64,000 bases of DNA from an uncultured delta proteobacterium (GCA_963699755.1 CAVOVB010000011.1:1-64000); one strand, 5' to 3'. Shown: positions 9,815 through 19,879, numbered from the stretch's first letter. Program-made: numbers and translations. The notes: generated by a model from the sequence alone, not told the origin.

Positions 9815-10864
9815 CTACTCCTCGGGGAATACCGCATTCCAGTCGTTCTTCATCGAGACGATCAACCAACCCGACCCTTCCACGGCATCGAGCGCCTGGT
9901 CTAGCTTGCCCACACTACTGGCGCGATCATAGGCGTACTCACGCTCGGCGTCATCATGGTGGAGAAGGAGACCAAGCCGGGCCCCGCTGCTGCCCATTGT
10001 GGCCCACTGCAGCATCTCGAGGTCGCCGTCCGAGTTGCCGAACGCGAGAATCGGACGCCGCCCGATGTGTTTGTGAATTCCCACGGGCTTACCGGCCTTG
10101 TCATCGACGTGGTCGATGGCGGGCAGGCGCAGAAGCGAAGGTTTGCCAGCTTGAACCTCGTAACGCGTCTCGATCGACGTCCCGATCACCCTCTCTGGTG
10201 GAATTCCGTACGCTTCCTCCGCAAAGGTTCGAATGAACTCCACGGTGCCGCCCGAAACGATGAAGGTCTCGAAGCCGTTGGCCTCGAGGTACCGCAAGAG
10301 CTCGAGTTGGGGCTCGTAGACGAGCTTGGTGTATGCCTTCTCGAGCTCGGGGTGACGAGCGTCACGGAGCCACTCGGCGACGATCGTCTCGAAGAGCGTT
10401 GTGCTCATGCCCGTGTGTGAGGCGACGACGATTTCCACCAGGCCCCGCGTCCCAGCAGACACCAGGGCGTTCCGGTCCCCCTCGAGGATGGCCTTGAACG
10501 GCTGCTGGTCCTTCCATTCGGGGTGAACCTTCGCGAGGTCTTGGACGCGATGAAGCGCAAACGCCAGCTCGGTGTAGATGGGTTGTTCGACCCAAAGGGT
10601 CCCATCGTTGTCGAAGGTCGCTACACGCTCAGCTGGCTCGACATAGGCGGGATCGTCCGGGTCGGCCACCGCACGGACGAAGTCGATGATCCTGGCCTTG
10701 GTGGCATTGTCGTTCCACGAGGGGAGCGGGTCGACCTGCTCCTTCACGTTCGTAGCGGCGCTTGGACCCTGCACCCCCGGCGTCTGAGTGCTCGCGCAGC
10801 TCGACAGGAACAGGGCAAGGGCCAGGATGCTTGCCGGGCCTAAGCGGCCTGCGGTGAAAGTCAT
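9815..10864 (-). CDS. HAD-family hydrolase / acid phosphatase, lipoprotein
   Basis: HAD motif I FDNDGTLW, IVSGG, AFGNSDGD; lipobox FLSSC; start taken at MTFTAG. Confidence 0.88.
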   Translation of the reverse strand: MTFTAGRLGPASILALALFLSSCASTQTPGVQGPSAATNVKEQVDPLPSWNDNATKARIIDFVRAVADPDDPAYVEPAERVATFDNDGTLWVEQPIYTELAFALHRVQDLAKVHPEWKDQQPFKAILEGDRNALVSAGTRGLVEIVVASHTGMSTTLFETIVAEWLRDARHPELEKAYTKLVYEPQLELLRYLEANGFETFIVSGGTVEFIRTFAEEAYGIPPERVIGTSIETRYEVQAGKPSLLRLPAIDHVDDKAGKPVGIHKHIGRRPILAFGNSDGDLEMLQWATMGSSGARLGLLLHHDDAEREYAYDRASSVGKLDQALDAVEGSGWLIVSMKNDWNAVFPEE

Positions 10865-10997
10865 GGCGCGAAATGTACGAGGGTGCCCTGGAAGCGTCCA
10901 GGCCGGCCCAGCGGCTTCTTGGGCCCGATGCGTAGAGCACAGCGAGAAGACCAACGGGCTACACGGATGGCAACGACGCCGACACGGCCACGGCCTT

Positions 10998-11042
10998 AAA
11001 AGGGTCGCCCGGTCGTTGGAGGGGGGGAGATACGACCGGGCG
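10998..11042 (-). terminator. terminator-like hairpin ending the candidate sRNA
   Basis: Perfect 11-bp inverted repeat CGCCCGGTCGT (11006-11016) / ACGACCGGGCG (11032-11042); minus-strand UUUU at 11001-10998. Confidence 0.6.
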
Positions 11043-11123
11043 GGGATTAGCCGGAGGATTTATGGGGGGGTCCGCCGGCGAAGTTCTTTTGTTGTTGCGT
11101 CGGGAGCGGCTTCGCTCTCAGAA
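10998..11123 (-). ncRNA. candidate small RNA with three stem-loops and two C-rich loops
   Basis: Own promoter, three hairpins, A/C-rich linker, final perfect 11-bp stem followed by ACCC-UUUU; no credible ORF. Confidence 0.65.
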
Positions 11124-11128
11124 ACTAC

Positions 11129-11157
11129 AATCTAAGTATTGGGACTGAACGCGTCAA
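11129..11157 (-). promoter_or_regulatory. sigma70-type promoter of the candidate sRNA
   Basis: Minus strand TTGACG (11157-11152), 17-nt spacer, TAGATT (11134-11129). Confidence 0.7.
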
Positions 11158-11193
11158 TGGTACCGCGCTAGGCGAAGCTGGATTTCCAGTGCA

Positions 11194-11583
11194 TCAGCTC
11201 ACATTTCTGTTCGAATAGAGATGCCAGGCACCGGCGCCGGCAACGCTGCCCACGAAGTCGGCGACGACATCGGCGAGCTCCGAGGATCGACCCGGCACGA
11301 ACGCCTGATGAATCTCGTCCGAAAGGCCCCAGAGCACCGACACGAAGACCGCAAACGCCGCGGTTCGCCAAGCCGAAGCAGACGGCCAGCTCCGCATCGA
11401 AGCAGCCGCGGAGAGCCAGCCTAGCACCGCGTACTCGACGAAGTGAATGCCCTTGTCGCGTAGCGGCAGGAATCGAACGCCAGGCACCTCGACCTCGAAC
11501 GACGAGATCACGAAGATGAGCGCCATATACAGAAGCGCAAAGCGCCACGGGTGAAGGCCCTTCCAGTACGAATCCTTGGTCAG
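11194..11583 (-). CDS. VanZ-like family membrane protein (probable CTG start; first ATG at 11526)
   Basis: VanZ motifs DKGIHFVEYAVLG and SDEIHQAFVPGR; frame open upstream to a CTG that overlaps the miaB stop and has a GGAGG SD. Confidence 0.82.
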   Translation of the reverse strand: MTKDSYWKGLHPWRFALLYMALIFVISSFEVEVPGVRFLPLRDKGIHFVEYAVLGWLSAAASMRSWPSASAWRTAAFAVFVSVLWGLSDEIHQAFVPGRSSELADVVADFVGSVAGAGAWHLYSNRNVS

Positions 11584-13013
11584 GCTGCCCCTCCCACGCC
11601 GAGCAACGAGAGTCGCTTGCGTCGGCCGCGTCCAGGGAGGCCTTCCGCACCTGCCGTGTAACCTGACAAGCTATGCCGAAACGGCTCGTCGATGGTGACG
11701 GTCACCAGCTCGCCCGTCGGGTCGCGGCCCTCGGCGGCGACCAGGTGAACGATTTCGTTGCGCTCGCTCCGACCGGCGAAACGGCCGGTGTCACCCGGCG
11801 ATGGGCCTTCGACCAGAACCTGCAAGTCTTGCCCGACCAACGACTGAAGGTGCGCCTGCTGTTGCATCTCCACCAAGGCGAATAGGCGAGCGAGACGATC
11901 ATCCTTCACCTCTTCGGGAACCCCATCGCCAAGCTTGCGTGCCGGCGTATACGGTCGCGGTGAGTACTTGAAGCCAAACGCAGCAACGAAGCCAACGCGC
12001 TCAGCGAGCTCCAGGGTCTGCGCAAAGTCTTCTTCGGTTTCGCCCGGAAAGCCGACGATGAAATCCGTGGAGAGGGTGAGCCCGGGTTTGGCCTGCTTGA
12101 GCGCATCGGTTTGCCGAATGTAGTCTTTGGCGGTGTAGCGGCGCGCCATTCGCCGCAGCAAGCGATCGGACCCCGACTGAACCGGCAAATGCACGTGGGC
12201 GGGCAGCACCTCGAGCTCCGCGTGGGCCGCTACCAGGTCAGCTGTGATGTGGCGCGGGTGCGGTGAGGTGTAGCGGAGCCGCCCGAGGTCCGGGACCTCC
12301 TCCGCGATGCGTCGAAGGAGCGAAGCGAAGCGGGACGTGGACCCGGCCAGCCTCGACTCCGGCTTGCTAGCCTCAGCCTCCGCCACAGGCTCGTGCCAGG
12401 AGTTGACCGTCTGCCCGAGCAAGGTGATCTCCCGAACCCCCCCTGCGACCAGCTCGCGAATCTCGCCAACGATCTCGTCTGCCGGCCGGTAGCGCTCCGA
12501 ACCCCGTGTATGAGGAACGATACAAAACGTGCACCGCTCATCACAGCCCTTCATGACCGTCACATACGCGGTGACCTCCCGGCGATCTGCATGAGGCTTG
12601 GCCCGGAGGAATTGCGGGTCGTCCATGTCGAACACCGTTCTGGTGATCGGAGGGGCCCCATGCTCGACTTCGCGAATTAGGGCTGGCAGCTCGGGGATGT
12701 TGTCCGGCCCTAGGACGATGTCCACGAAGGGCGCCTTTCGGAGCAGGCGCTCCCCTTCCTGCTGCGCCACGCAGCCTGTGACCACCAAGACCACGCCTCG
12801 ATGAGCCTCTTTGAACGGCCGAAACGTCCCGAGAAGGCTCATCAACTTGTGCTCTGCCTTCTCGCGGACGCTACAGGTGTTGATGAGCAGGAGATCGGCC
12901 AAAGCAGGCTCGCTTGCCTCACGGTGGCCGCTCGCCCGCAGGACCTCCTCGATGCGGCGGGAGTCGTGCACGTTCATCTGGCAGCCGAAGGTCTGGACGA
13001 AGTACTGCTTCAT
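11580..13013 (-). CDS. miaB: tRNA-i6A37 methylthiotransferase MiaB
   Basis: TFGCQMNVHDS, NTCSVREKAE, radical SAM CxxxCxxC (GCDERCTFC), C-terminal TRAM domain. Confidence 0.97.
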   Translation of the reverse strand: MKQYFVQTFGCQMNVHDSRRIEEVLRASGHREASEPALADLLLINTCSVREKAEHKLMSLLGTFRPFKEAHRGVVLVVTGCVAQQEGERLLRKAPFVDIVLGPDNIPELPALIREVEHGAPPITRTVFDMDDPQFLRAKPHADRREVTAYVTVMKGCDERCTFCIVPHTRGSERYRPADEIVGEIRELVAGGVREITLLGQTVNSWHEPVAEAEASKPESRLAGSTSRFASLLRRIAEEVPDLGRLRYTSPHPRHITADLVAAHAELEVLPAHVHLPVQSGSDRLLRRMARRYTAKDYIRQTDALKQAKPGLTLSTDFIVGFPGETEEDFAQTLELAERVGFVAAFGFKYSPRPYTPARKLGDGVPEEVKDDRLARLFALVEMQQQAHLQSLVGQDLQVLVEGPSPGDTGRFAGRSERNEIVHLVAAEGRDPTGELVTVTIDEPFRHSLSGYTAGAEGLPGRGRRKRLSLLGVGGAA

Positions 13014-13120
13014 GGCGCGGTGACGATACCTGTAGCAGCCGGCAGGACGGTCGCCAAACGGCCGAAATCACGCCGTTCGCTGGCGGAATTGGGGCTCCCC
13101 GCGGTACAAGCACTAGGTAG

Positions 13121-15265
13121 ATGGCTGGCCGGCGATGCATCTGCCTCCTGCTCGTTCTGGCGAGCGGATGCAAGACGATCCCAGAGGATGCGTACGGCAT
13201 CGACCGGATCCGTTTCAGCGGGATGGAGGAGCTCGATCCCCAGGCCCTGAGGGCCTGCCTTGCGACCCAGGAGCGCGACCGTGTCACGGTCTCTTTTGGC
13301 ACTAGCGCGGACCCGAGTTGCGGTGTTCCACCCTTCGACGGAAAGCGGGTCTCCTTCGACCTGTGGAAGAAGCTCCGCAAGGGCTGGCCGACCTTGGATT
13401 CCGCCGTGTTCGACCGCGACGTCCAGCGGATCGAGCGCTGGTACCAGGCGCGCGGCTACTACGACGCGGCCGTCGTCAGCACCGAGTTCGACCCGCCCTC
13501 CGCCGCGGGCGACGACCGGATCATCGTGGCGCCTGGCGGGCAAGCCCCTTGCGACCGGGAGGGGGCCGACGAGGGCTGCAAGCTCAGCATCGAGATCGAC
13601 GTCGAGGAGGGCAAGCCAGTCTTGGTGAAATCGATCGAGGTGAGCGGCCACGAAACTTTGGACTTGGAGAGCCGGACAAAGCTCGAGAAAGCCGTCGAGC
13701 TCGAGGTCGGCGAACCGTTCGACGAAGCGATCTACGAGCGGAGCAAGCGCGCGATTCGCCGCCAGTTGAAAGAGGCGAGCTATGCCTGTGGCAACGTCTC
13801 GGGGCGCGTCGAGATCGATCGGGAAACCAGAGAGGCTTCGGTCGGGCTCTTTGTGGACACCGGACCCCCGTGCACGCTCGGCGACATCACCGTCACCGGC
13901 AGCGGCACACTGCCTCCAGACACGATTCTGGATGTGGCTGACCTGAAGACGGGACGAGCCTTCCACTTGAACGACATCGCGGACGCTCAGCGAGCGGTCT
14001 ACGCCTTGGGCGCGCTCGCATCGGTGAACGTGACCTCGACTCCGCGACGCGACGGGGAGGAGCAGTGCACAGGAGTCGTCGACGTCAACATTGCCGTCGA
14101 GCCCGGCAGGAACATCCGCTGGGGTATCGGCGCCGGCGTCCAGAGCGGTACGATCGCCACCCTGACCCTCGAGCAAGACACCCGCATTTCGGACGTTCAC
14201 TTGTTCGGTCTATTCGAACACCGCAATTTCATCGGTGGCTTCCGGCGACTCCGTATCGAGGATCGCCCGAAAATCGTCGCCCGCGACCCGTTCTTTCGCT
14301 TCGGCGCAGGATTTCTGTTTGGAAACGAGCTCCGCGTGGAGTACCGGCGACCCGCGTTTCTCGAGCCACGCACCACATCGGCGATTCAATTTCGCCACGA
14401 CTGGGGCCCCGACCCCTACGAGCTCTTTCGCCGTCATGATCTTCAGATTCGCGGAAGCCTCTCACGACCATTCTTCAACGGCCGGCTCCTACTCGTCGGC
14501 GCCTTGAACTACGATACCTATCTGGTGGTCGACAAGGACCCTCGATATCCAACGAGCTACCAGGTCGTCTTCTTCGACGAAAGCGTCATCGTCGACCTTC
14601 GAGACGACTCACGCAGCCCCCGCGCCGGGTTCTTCTTTCAGGTAGGCAGTCAGCAATCTCCCGCCAAGCTGAAGCGGAGCTGGCAGTATGTCCGGGTCAC
14701 GCCGGAGGTCCGAGGCTACGCGCCCTTACCCCTGTCTTCGACGCTCGCATTTCGCTTCGGCATGGGCGCCATGTTCATATTTTCGCGAGACCAGAACCGC
14801 TTGGACCTCATCGGGCAGGAGCTCGGGCCGCAGAACTACCGTCTGCGCTCGGGCGGCCCCACGAGTCACCGTGGCTTCTTCGGCGGTTTCCTGGGCGACC
14901 CGGGCAGCATTGATTCACTGAACCGTGAAGGTTCTGACGCGCGAAACGACGGTGGCCTTCGACGTTGGGAAGCGGGGGTCGAATGGCGCCTTCCCGTCAC
15001 CCAAGCTTTCGCTACCGCCATCTTCATGGACTTCGGCGACGTGAATCGCGGTGAAGTGTGGCGCTTCAACTACATTCGCGCCGCGGCGGGGTTCGGGTTC
15101 CGCTATCAAACTCCGGTGGGCCCGATCCGGCTCGACTTCGGTTTCCTGATTCCCAAATGGCAGGTCGTTGGCGGAGACGCGCCCCCTAACGCCTTTAACA
15201 TTTTCAGATTCATTCGCGGAGGCGTGCCTGGTGCCTTTCACTTCACGATCGGTGAGGCGTACTGA
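13121..15265 (+). CDS. tamA: Omp85/TamA-family outer membrane protein with POTRA domains
   Basis: POTRA-like WYQARGYYDA, barrel C-terminus GFGFRYQTPVGPIRLDFG...FHFTIGEAY; coupled to a TamB-like gene. Confidence 0.82.
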   Translation: MAGRRCICLLLVLASGCKTIPEDAYGIDRIRFSGMEELDPQALRACLATQERDRVTVSFGTSADPSCGVPPFDGKRVSFDLWKKLRKGWPTLDSAVFDRDVQRIERWYQARGYYDAAVVSTEFDPPSAAGDDRIIVAPGGQAPCDREGADEGCKLSIEIDVEEGKPVLVKSIEVSGHETLDLESRTKLEKAVELEVGEPFDEAIYERSKRAIRRQLKEASYACGNVSGRVEIDRETREASVGLFVDTGPPCTLGDITVTGSGTLPPDTILDVADLKTGRAFHLNDIADAQRAVYALGALASVNVTSTPRRDGEEQCTGVVDVNIAVEPGRNIRWGIGAGVQSGTIATLTLEQDTRISDVHLFGLFEHRNFIGGFRRLRIEDRPKIVARDPFFRFGAGFLFGNELRVEYRRPAFLEPRTTSAIQFRHDWGPDPYELFRRHDLQIRGSLSRPFFNGRLLLVGALNYDTYLVVDKDPRYPTSYQVVFFDESVIVDLRDDSRSPRAGFFFQVGSQQSPAKLKRSWQYVRVTPEVRGYAPLPLSSTLAFRFGMGAMFIFSRDQNRLDLIGQELGPQNYRLRSGGPTSHRGFFGGFLGDPGSIDSLNREGSDARNDGGLRRWEAGVEWRLPVTQAFATAIFMDFGDVNRGEVWRFNYIRAAAGFGFRYQTPVGPIRLDFGFLIPKWQVVGGDAPPNAFNIFRFIRGGVPGAFHFTIGEAY

Positions 15266-18200
15266 TGCGCTGGATCTCGCGCCTCGCGAGCTGGTTTCTC
15301 GGCTGGCCGCTCTTCGCGATCGTCTCGCTGCTCTCGAGCGTTCTCTTCCATCTGGACACCGAGCTCGGTCGCCGGATCGGCCGCGACATGCTGAACGAGT
15401 TCGTGTCGGACCAGATGGTCGGAACCATGCACGCCGGCTACATCACACAGCTTCGCCTCTGGCGCACGATCGTCAAAGACACGTTCGTCTACGATCCGGA
15501 CGGGAGAGCGATCATCTACGGAGAAACGGTCGAGCTAGGCATCGACCCCATCGCGGGCCTGCGTGGGCGCCTCCGTTTCTACTACGCCAACCTGATCAAC
15601 GGATGGGTCGACCTGGTCGACGACGGTGAGGGCGCGCCGACGTTCCTCGCGGCGTTCGAGGCAGCCGATCAGTCCCCGACCGTAGGAGAGCCGTTTCACG
15701 CGATCGTCGACAACATGGACCTGCAGAACCTCGAGGTAACAGGGGAGTTGCTCGGATTGAAGGATATCCGCGTCGTCGATTTCGATACCAAGGGCCGAAT
15801 GGAGTTTTACTGGATCACCGACATCGAGGTCTGGTCTGCGCAGGGGCGCATGGTGAAACCATTCCCGTTCGAAGCGAGCATCGACAACATCGTCGGCAGC
15901 GTTCACACGGATGTGAGGGGTGCGCAGGTCACCGCAGAGGCAAGCCGAGGCGAGGAGAAGGTGACCGCAGAGCTGGTCTACAGCCCGCGCGAAGATTCGG
16001 CTGAAGAAGACCCCTGGGACCTCGATCTCTTCGTGCGCGTGGAGCCGGTTCGCGCCAAGACTCTCCACGAGGTCGGCTTCGACTGGGCGGAATCGCTCAA
16101 AGGAGAGGCCAGCGGATGGGTGCGCCTTTGGGGACCGGAGGAGACGTATCGCCTCCAAGCCGACGTACAGACCGCAGGAGGGCGCGCGCGAATCAACGGG
16201 GATCTTCCGGCGGAGGGCGTGACTCGAATCGAGATCGCCAGCCCTCGCCTCGAGCTGAGCGAAGTGGTCGGCGGTGCACCGGAGATCACGGTCGGCGGTC
16301 GCATCGAGATGACGAGCGACCCTGCAAACGAAGATGTCCTCGGGGTCGAGATCGAAACCGAGGGCTTCCTCTACGAAGACATCCAGGTCCCGGCCCTGTT
16401 TGCAAGGATTCGGGCCCGCGACGACGGGCTCGACGTCGATTCGGTTGACGCGGAATACGCAGGCGGTGACCTCCATCTGGATGGACGCGTGGAGTACGCG
16501 GGGATCACGGACATCCACGTCGTTGGCAACATTCCCGAGGTGAGCGGCGATCCGAATTTCGAGCAGTTCGTACCAGGCCTCGAGGGCGGCGCGGAGTTCG
16601 ACCTACGGATTCGCCAGACTGTCCGCGACGACTTCGAGGCTAAGGGTCGCGTGCGCTTCGATCACTTCGAGTATGGCGCACTCAGCGCGCACTTCCTCAT
16701 CCTCGAAGGGCGAGTTTGGGGGGATCCCCTCAAGCCCAAACTCGACCTGGCGCTCGACGGTGCGGCGCTGCGGGTTGCTGGATACCCGATCGGCAATGGG
16801 CAGGCACTTCTCAAAGGAGGTCCCGAGGAATACACGGCCGTGGGCGAGTTCACGGCGCCCGTCGATCGCCGCGTCCAGTTTCAAGCCCGCGTGGCCGCCA
16901 ATGAGGGCGTCTATCGTCTAGATGTCGACGAGGTGGAGCTCGCCGTGGGTGATCTCTCATGGAGGGGTTCGGTCAGCAACGCGACGCTGGACCCCGACAA
17001 GGGGCTCTCTTTCGATCGGGTGCTGATCGGCAAAGGACCACAGCGTCTCGACGCCAAGGGGGTATGGCTTTTCGATGGGCCGGATGACATCCGCGCCGAC
17101 CTAGACAATTTCGATTTGGCCGTGTTGAAGATTCTCTATCCGCGAACGGCACCCGATTTCTCGGGGGGGGTCGACCTTCACTTCGAGTTCCGTGGCGACC
17201 TCGACCGAGAGCCGACAATCGTCGCGGAGGGTACCCTCACCGATGCGGTCCTTTGGGATATCTCTCCGGTCAACGCTGCTTATCTGATCAACTACGACAA
17301 GGGGCTGCTGGACGCGGATGCGCAAGTCGACTTCGGTGGGCGAGGCAACTTCACGCTGAGCACGACAGGCTTCGTAGACCCGATGCCCGGCGGGATTGCC
17401 GAGTCCCTGCGCGAAGGCGTCTATGAGACGACGCTGAGCACTGGGGCGATGGACCTGACGCTGCTCGAGTTGATTCTGCGGGAGGACATGCCCAACGTGC
17501 GGGGCTACGCTGATGCCAGCATTCGCTTCTCGGGCCCAATCGATGCAGCTGCATTCAAAGGGAACATCAGGATCCCAGGGTTTTTCGTCGACCGCTGGGG
17601 TCCCGTCGAGCTCGCATCCGATTTCCGGTACGAGTATGGTGCGCTGCTGGCCCAAGTTCGCATGGCGGATGACAAAGGCGAGCTGATCGAAGCCGAAGGC
17701 AGCCTCCTCGTCGACTTGGTTCACTTGGCCCAGGTGCCGAGCGAGGCTGTGGAGGCGCTGGCGACGTCGCCGTGGCGAGTTTCGCTGCGCATGCCGCCAA
17801 GGCGGTTGAGTGCGTTCCCGAAGAAACTCGGCGAGCTCTTCGTCCCAGATGCGGACCGTCTGAGGCTCGCGGCCAGCTTCACCCTCGCCGGCGGCGCGTT
17901 CCGAACCCGGGGCGATTTCCATTCCAGCGTCGATTGGCTCTCGGACTCCTCGGAGGGCCTATGCGGGAGCGAAGCCCACCCTCGCGCGACGCTCAGAGCG
18001 CATCTGGAAGACGGGGTCACCGAGCTGACCATTGAGGGCGTGGTCGGAAACGCAAAGGTGCTCGACTTGCAGGCCTCTTTGGCGACGCCGCTGGACGATT
18101 GGTTGCGAAAGGCCGAGATCCCCGCATGGCCAGTGACCCAGATTAGCGCGGACTTCTACGATGCGCCGACGGAGAACTTGCCTTACCTCTGTCGGTACGC

Positions 18201-19872
18201 CGCAGGGGTCCTATCGGCGCAACTCAAGGGCACGGGTCTGTTCAGCGACGACCCGAAGCTGTCGTTCTCGATGGAGTCGGACGAGCTTCGCGCTCGACGC
18301 CTCGAGCCGGGCCGGCGGGCCGGGATGGTCAATACCATCGTCGACACACCACCTGCGGTCAATCGAATATCAGGCGCCTACCAAGACGGAGTTGGGACGA
18401 TGGACGTGGACATGCGCTGGTGGAACGGCGGCTTCACCAAGATTGCGGCGAAGGTGCCGTTGACCTGGGATAGCGAGCACCCGATTCCGGAGCTGGCCAA
18501 GAAGGGCGACGTCGAGGCCAACGCAAGCTTCGACAGGATGCCGTTGCAGGCCGTGCTCGCTTGGATGGCCGGCGTCGTCAATGTCGAGGGCATTCTCCAA
18601 GGTAGCGTGTCCGCTCAGGGCCGAGTCCGAGACCCGAAGCTCGTTGGAAGCGTCGATCTCTCCGATGGCCGAGTCAACCTTCGCGCCGTTGGACAGACGC
18701 TCGAGAAAGTGAGCGGGCGCGCGATCTTCGATGAAGATGGTGTTGAGATCAGCAATCTTACGTTGACCGACAGCGACGGGTCGGCGAAAGTCGACGGTCG
18801 GGTGGGGTTCAAGGCGCTCAAGCTCGAAAAGGCGGACTTCATCGTCGAGGCGAATGATTTCCCTCTGCGCCAGGAGGGTTCAATCATGGCACGGCTCAAG
18901 GGAAGCGCCCGCTTGATGGCCACGTTCGAGGAGGGCGGCCTCGACGGAGCAGTGCGCATGAGAAAGCTCGAGATCGACATCCCAGAGAGCTCGGTGACCC
19001 CACAAGATCTCGCTCCGCATCCCGAAGTCTTCCTCGTGGGTGAGGTCTACGAACCCGCCGGACCATCTAAACCGTATCGGGTAGGGCTCAAGCTTCGGTC
19101 GGAAGATCGACTGGTCATTCGCAGCAAGGATCAAGGCTTCTACGTCGAAGCGAGCGCCGATTTGGATACCATCATCGCCAAAGAGCTCAGCGTTACCGGT
19201 ACGATCAATCTTCAGCGGGGTAACTTCAAAGTCTTCGGGAAGCGGTTTGAGGTCCGCTCCGGCAGCATGAGCTTCGACGGCGGCTCGGAGATGAACCCCA
19301 AGGTCGACATGGTCGCCGAGCACTCGTTGCGTGGGAGCAACGACACGGTGACCGTCGAGGTCTCCGGTCGGCTCAGCGACCCGACGATCGAGTTCAAATC
19401 GAGCGTTCCGACCACCAGCCAAGCCCAGGTGATCGCCCTACTCGTCACTGGCACCACCCGCCAGCAACGGGGAGTCAACACGTCGACAGCCCAGGCATCT
19501 CAGGACACGACCGACTTCTTGAGCGGCGTCGCGGCAGGTCTGTTCTCCGCTTCCCTGCAGTCTGAGTTTGGCGGATTTGCGCCGACGTTCGGCATCACAC
19601 AAGGACAAGGTGTGGCTGACGACACCGAGGGTGACACCGCCGTACAGGTCGGTTTCAACGTAGACAGCGTGCTTCCCGACAATGTTCCAATCCGCGGTCT
19701 CTATGTCGAGGGACAATTCGTTGCGCGACGTAGTGAAGGCGGGCCGAACACGACGGCACAGGCTCAGCGACCGGGTTTTTTGATCGAGGCGCTTTGGCCA
19801 CTAAACTTCGTGACGACGGGCACCTTTGCCCCACCGTCGAACTGGAGTATCGACGTTACGTGGGAGCCGTGA
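15265..19872 (+). CDS. tamB: TamB/AsmA-like translocation and assembly module protein
   Basis: 1535 aa; N-terminal membrane anchor, beta-rich body, DUF490-like C-terminus (G-F-VFGKRFEV...VSGRLSDPTIEF). Confidence 0.8.
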   Translation: MRWISRLASWFLGWPLFAIVSLLSSVLFHLDTELGRRIGRDMLNEFVSDQMVGTMHAGYITQLRLWRTIVKDTFVYDPDGRAIIYGETVELGIDPIAGLRGRLRFYYANLINGWVDLVDDGEGAPTFLAAFEAADQSPTVGEPFHAIVDNMDLQNLEVTGELLGLKDIRVVDFDTKGRMEFYWITDIEVWSAQGRMVKPFPFEASIDNIVGSVHTDVRGAQVTAEASRGEEKVTAELVYSPREDSAEEDPWDLDLFVRVEPVRAKTLHEVGFDWAESLKGEASGWVRLWGPEETYRLQADVQTAGGRARINGDLPAEGVTRIEIASPRLELSEVVGGAPEITVGGRIEMTSDPANEDVLGVEIETEGFLYEDIQVPALFARIRARDDGLDVDSVDAEYAGGDLHLDGRVEYAGITDIHVVGNIPEVSGDPNFEQFVPGLEGGAEFDLRIRQTVRDDFEAKGRVRFDHFEYGALSAHFLILEGRVWGDPLKPKLDLALDGAALRVAGYPIGNGQALLKGGPEEYTAVGEFTAPVDRRVQFQARVAANEGVYRLDVDEVELAVGDLSWRGSVSNATLDPDKGLSFDRVLIGKGPQRLDAKGVWLFDGPDDIRADLDNFDLAVLKILYPRTAPDFSGGVDLHFEFRGDLDREPTIVAEGTLTDAVLWDISPVNAAYLINYDKGLLDADAQVDFGGRGNFTLSTTGFVDPMPGGIAESLREGVYETTLSTGAMDLTLLELILREDMPNVRGYADASIRFSGPIDAAAFKGNIRIPGFFVDRWGPVELASDFRYEYGALLAQVRMADDKGELIEAEGSLLVDLVHLAQVPSEAVEALATSPWRVSLRMPPRRLSAFPKKLGELFVPDADRLRLAASFTLAGGAFRTRGDFHSSVDWLSDSSEGLCGSEAHPRATLRAHLEDGVTELTIEGVVGNAKVLDLQASLATPLDDWLRKAEIPAWPVTQISADFYDAPTENLPYLCRYAAGVLSAQLKGTGLFSDDPKLSFSMESDELRARRLEPGRRAGMVNTIVDTPPAVNRISGAYQDGVGTMDVDMRWWNGGFTKIAAKVPLTWDSEHPIPELAKKGDVEANASFDRMPLQAVLAWMAGVVNVEGILQGSVSAQGRVRDPKLVGSVDLSDGRVNLRAVGQTLEKVSGRAIFDEDGVEISNLTLTDSDGSAKVDGRVGFKALKLEKADFIVEANDFPLRQEGSIMARLKGSARLMATFEEGGLDGAVRMRKLEIDIPESSVTPQDLAPHPEVFLVGEVYEPAGPSKPYRVGLKLRSEDRLVIRSKDQGFYVEASADLDTIIAKELSVTGTINLQRGNFKVFGKRFEVRSGSMSFDGGSEMNPKVDMVAEHSLRGSNDTVTVEVSGRLSDPTIEFKSSVPTTSQAQVIALLVTGTTRQQRGVNTSTAQASQDTTDFLSGVAAGLFSASLQSEFGGFAPTFGITQGQGVADDTEGDTAVQVGFNVDSVLPDNVPIRGLYVEGQFVARRSEGGPNTTAQAQRPGFLIEALWPLNFVTTGTFAPPSNWSIDVTWEP

Positions 19873-19879
19873 AGCAATC

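Noticed and set aside
11018..11070. G-quadruplex from plus-strand G runs
   Set aside because: Loops are long, and the G runs are better explained as complements of the C-rich hairpin loops.
10788..11135. 115-aa plus-strand ORF across the candidate sRNA
   Set aside because: No SD or recognisable domain, overlaps the HAD gene antisense, and the promoter and terminator point the other way.
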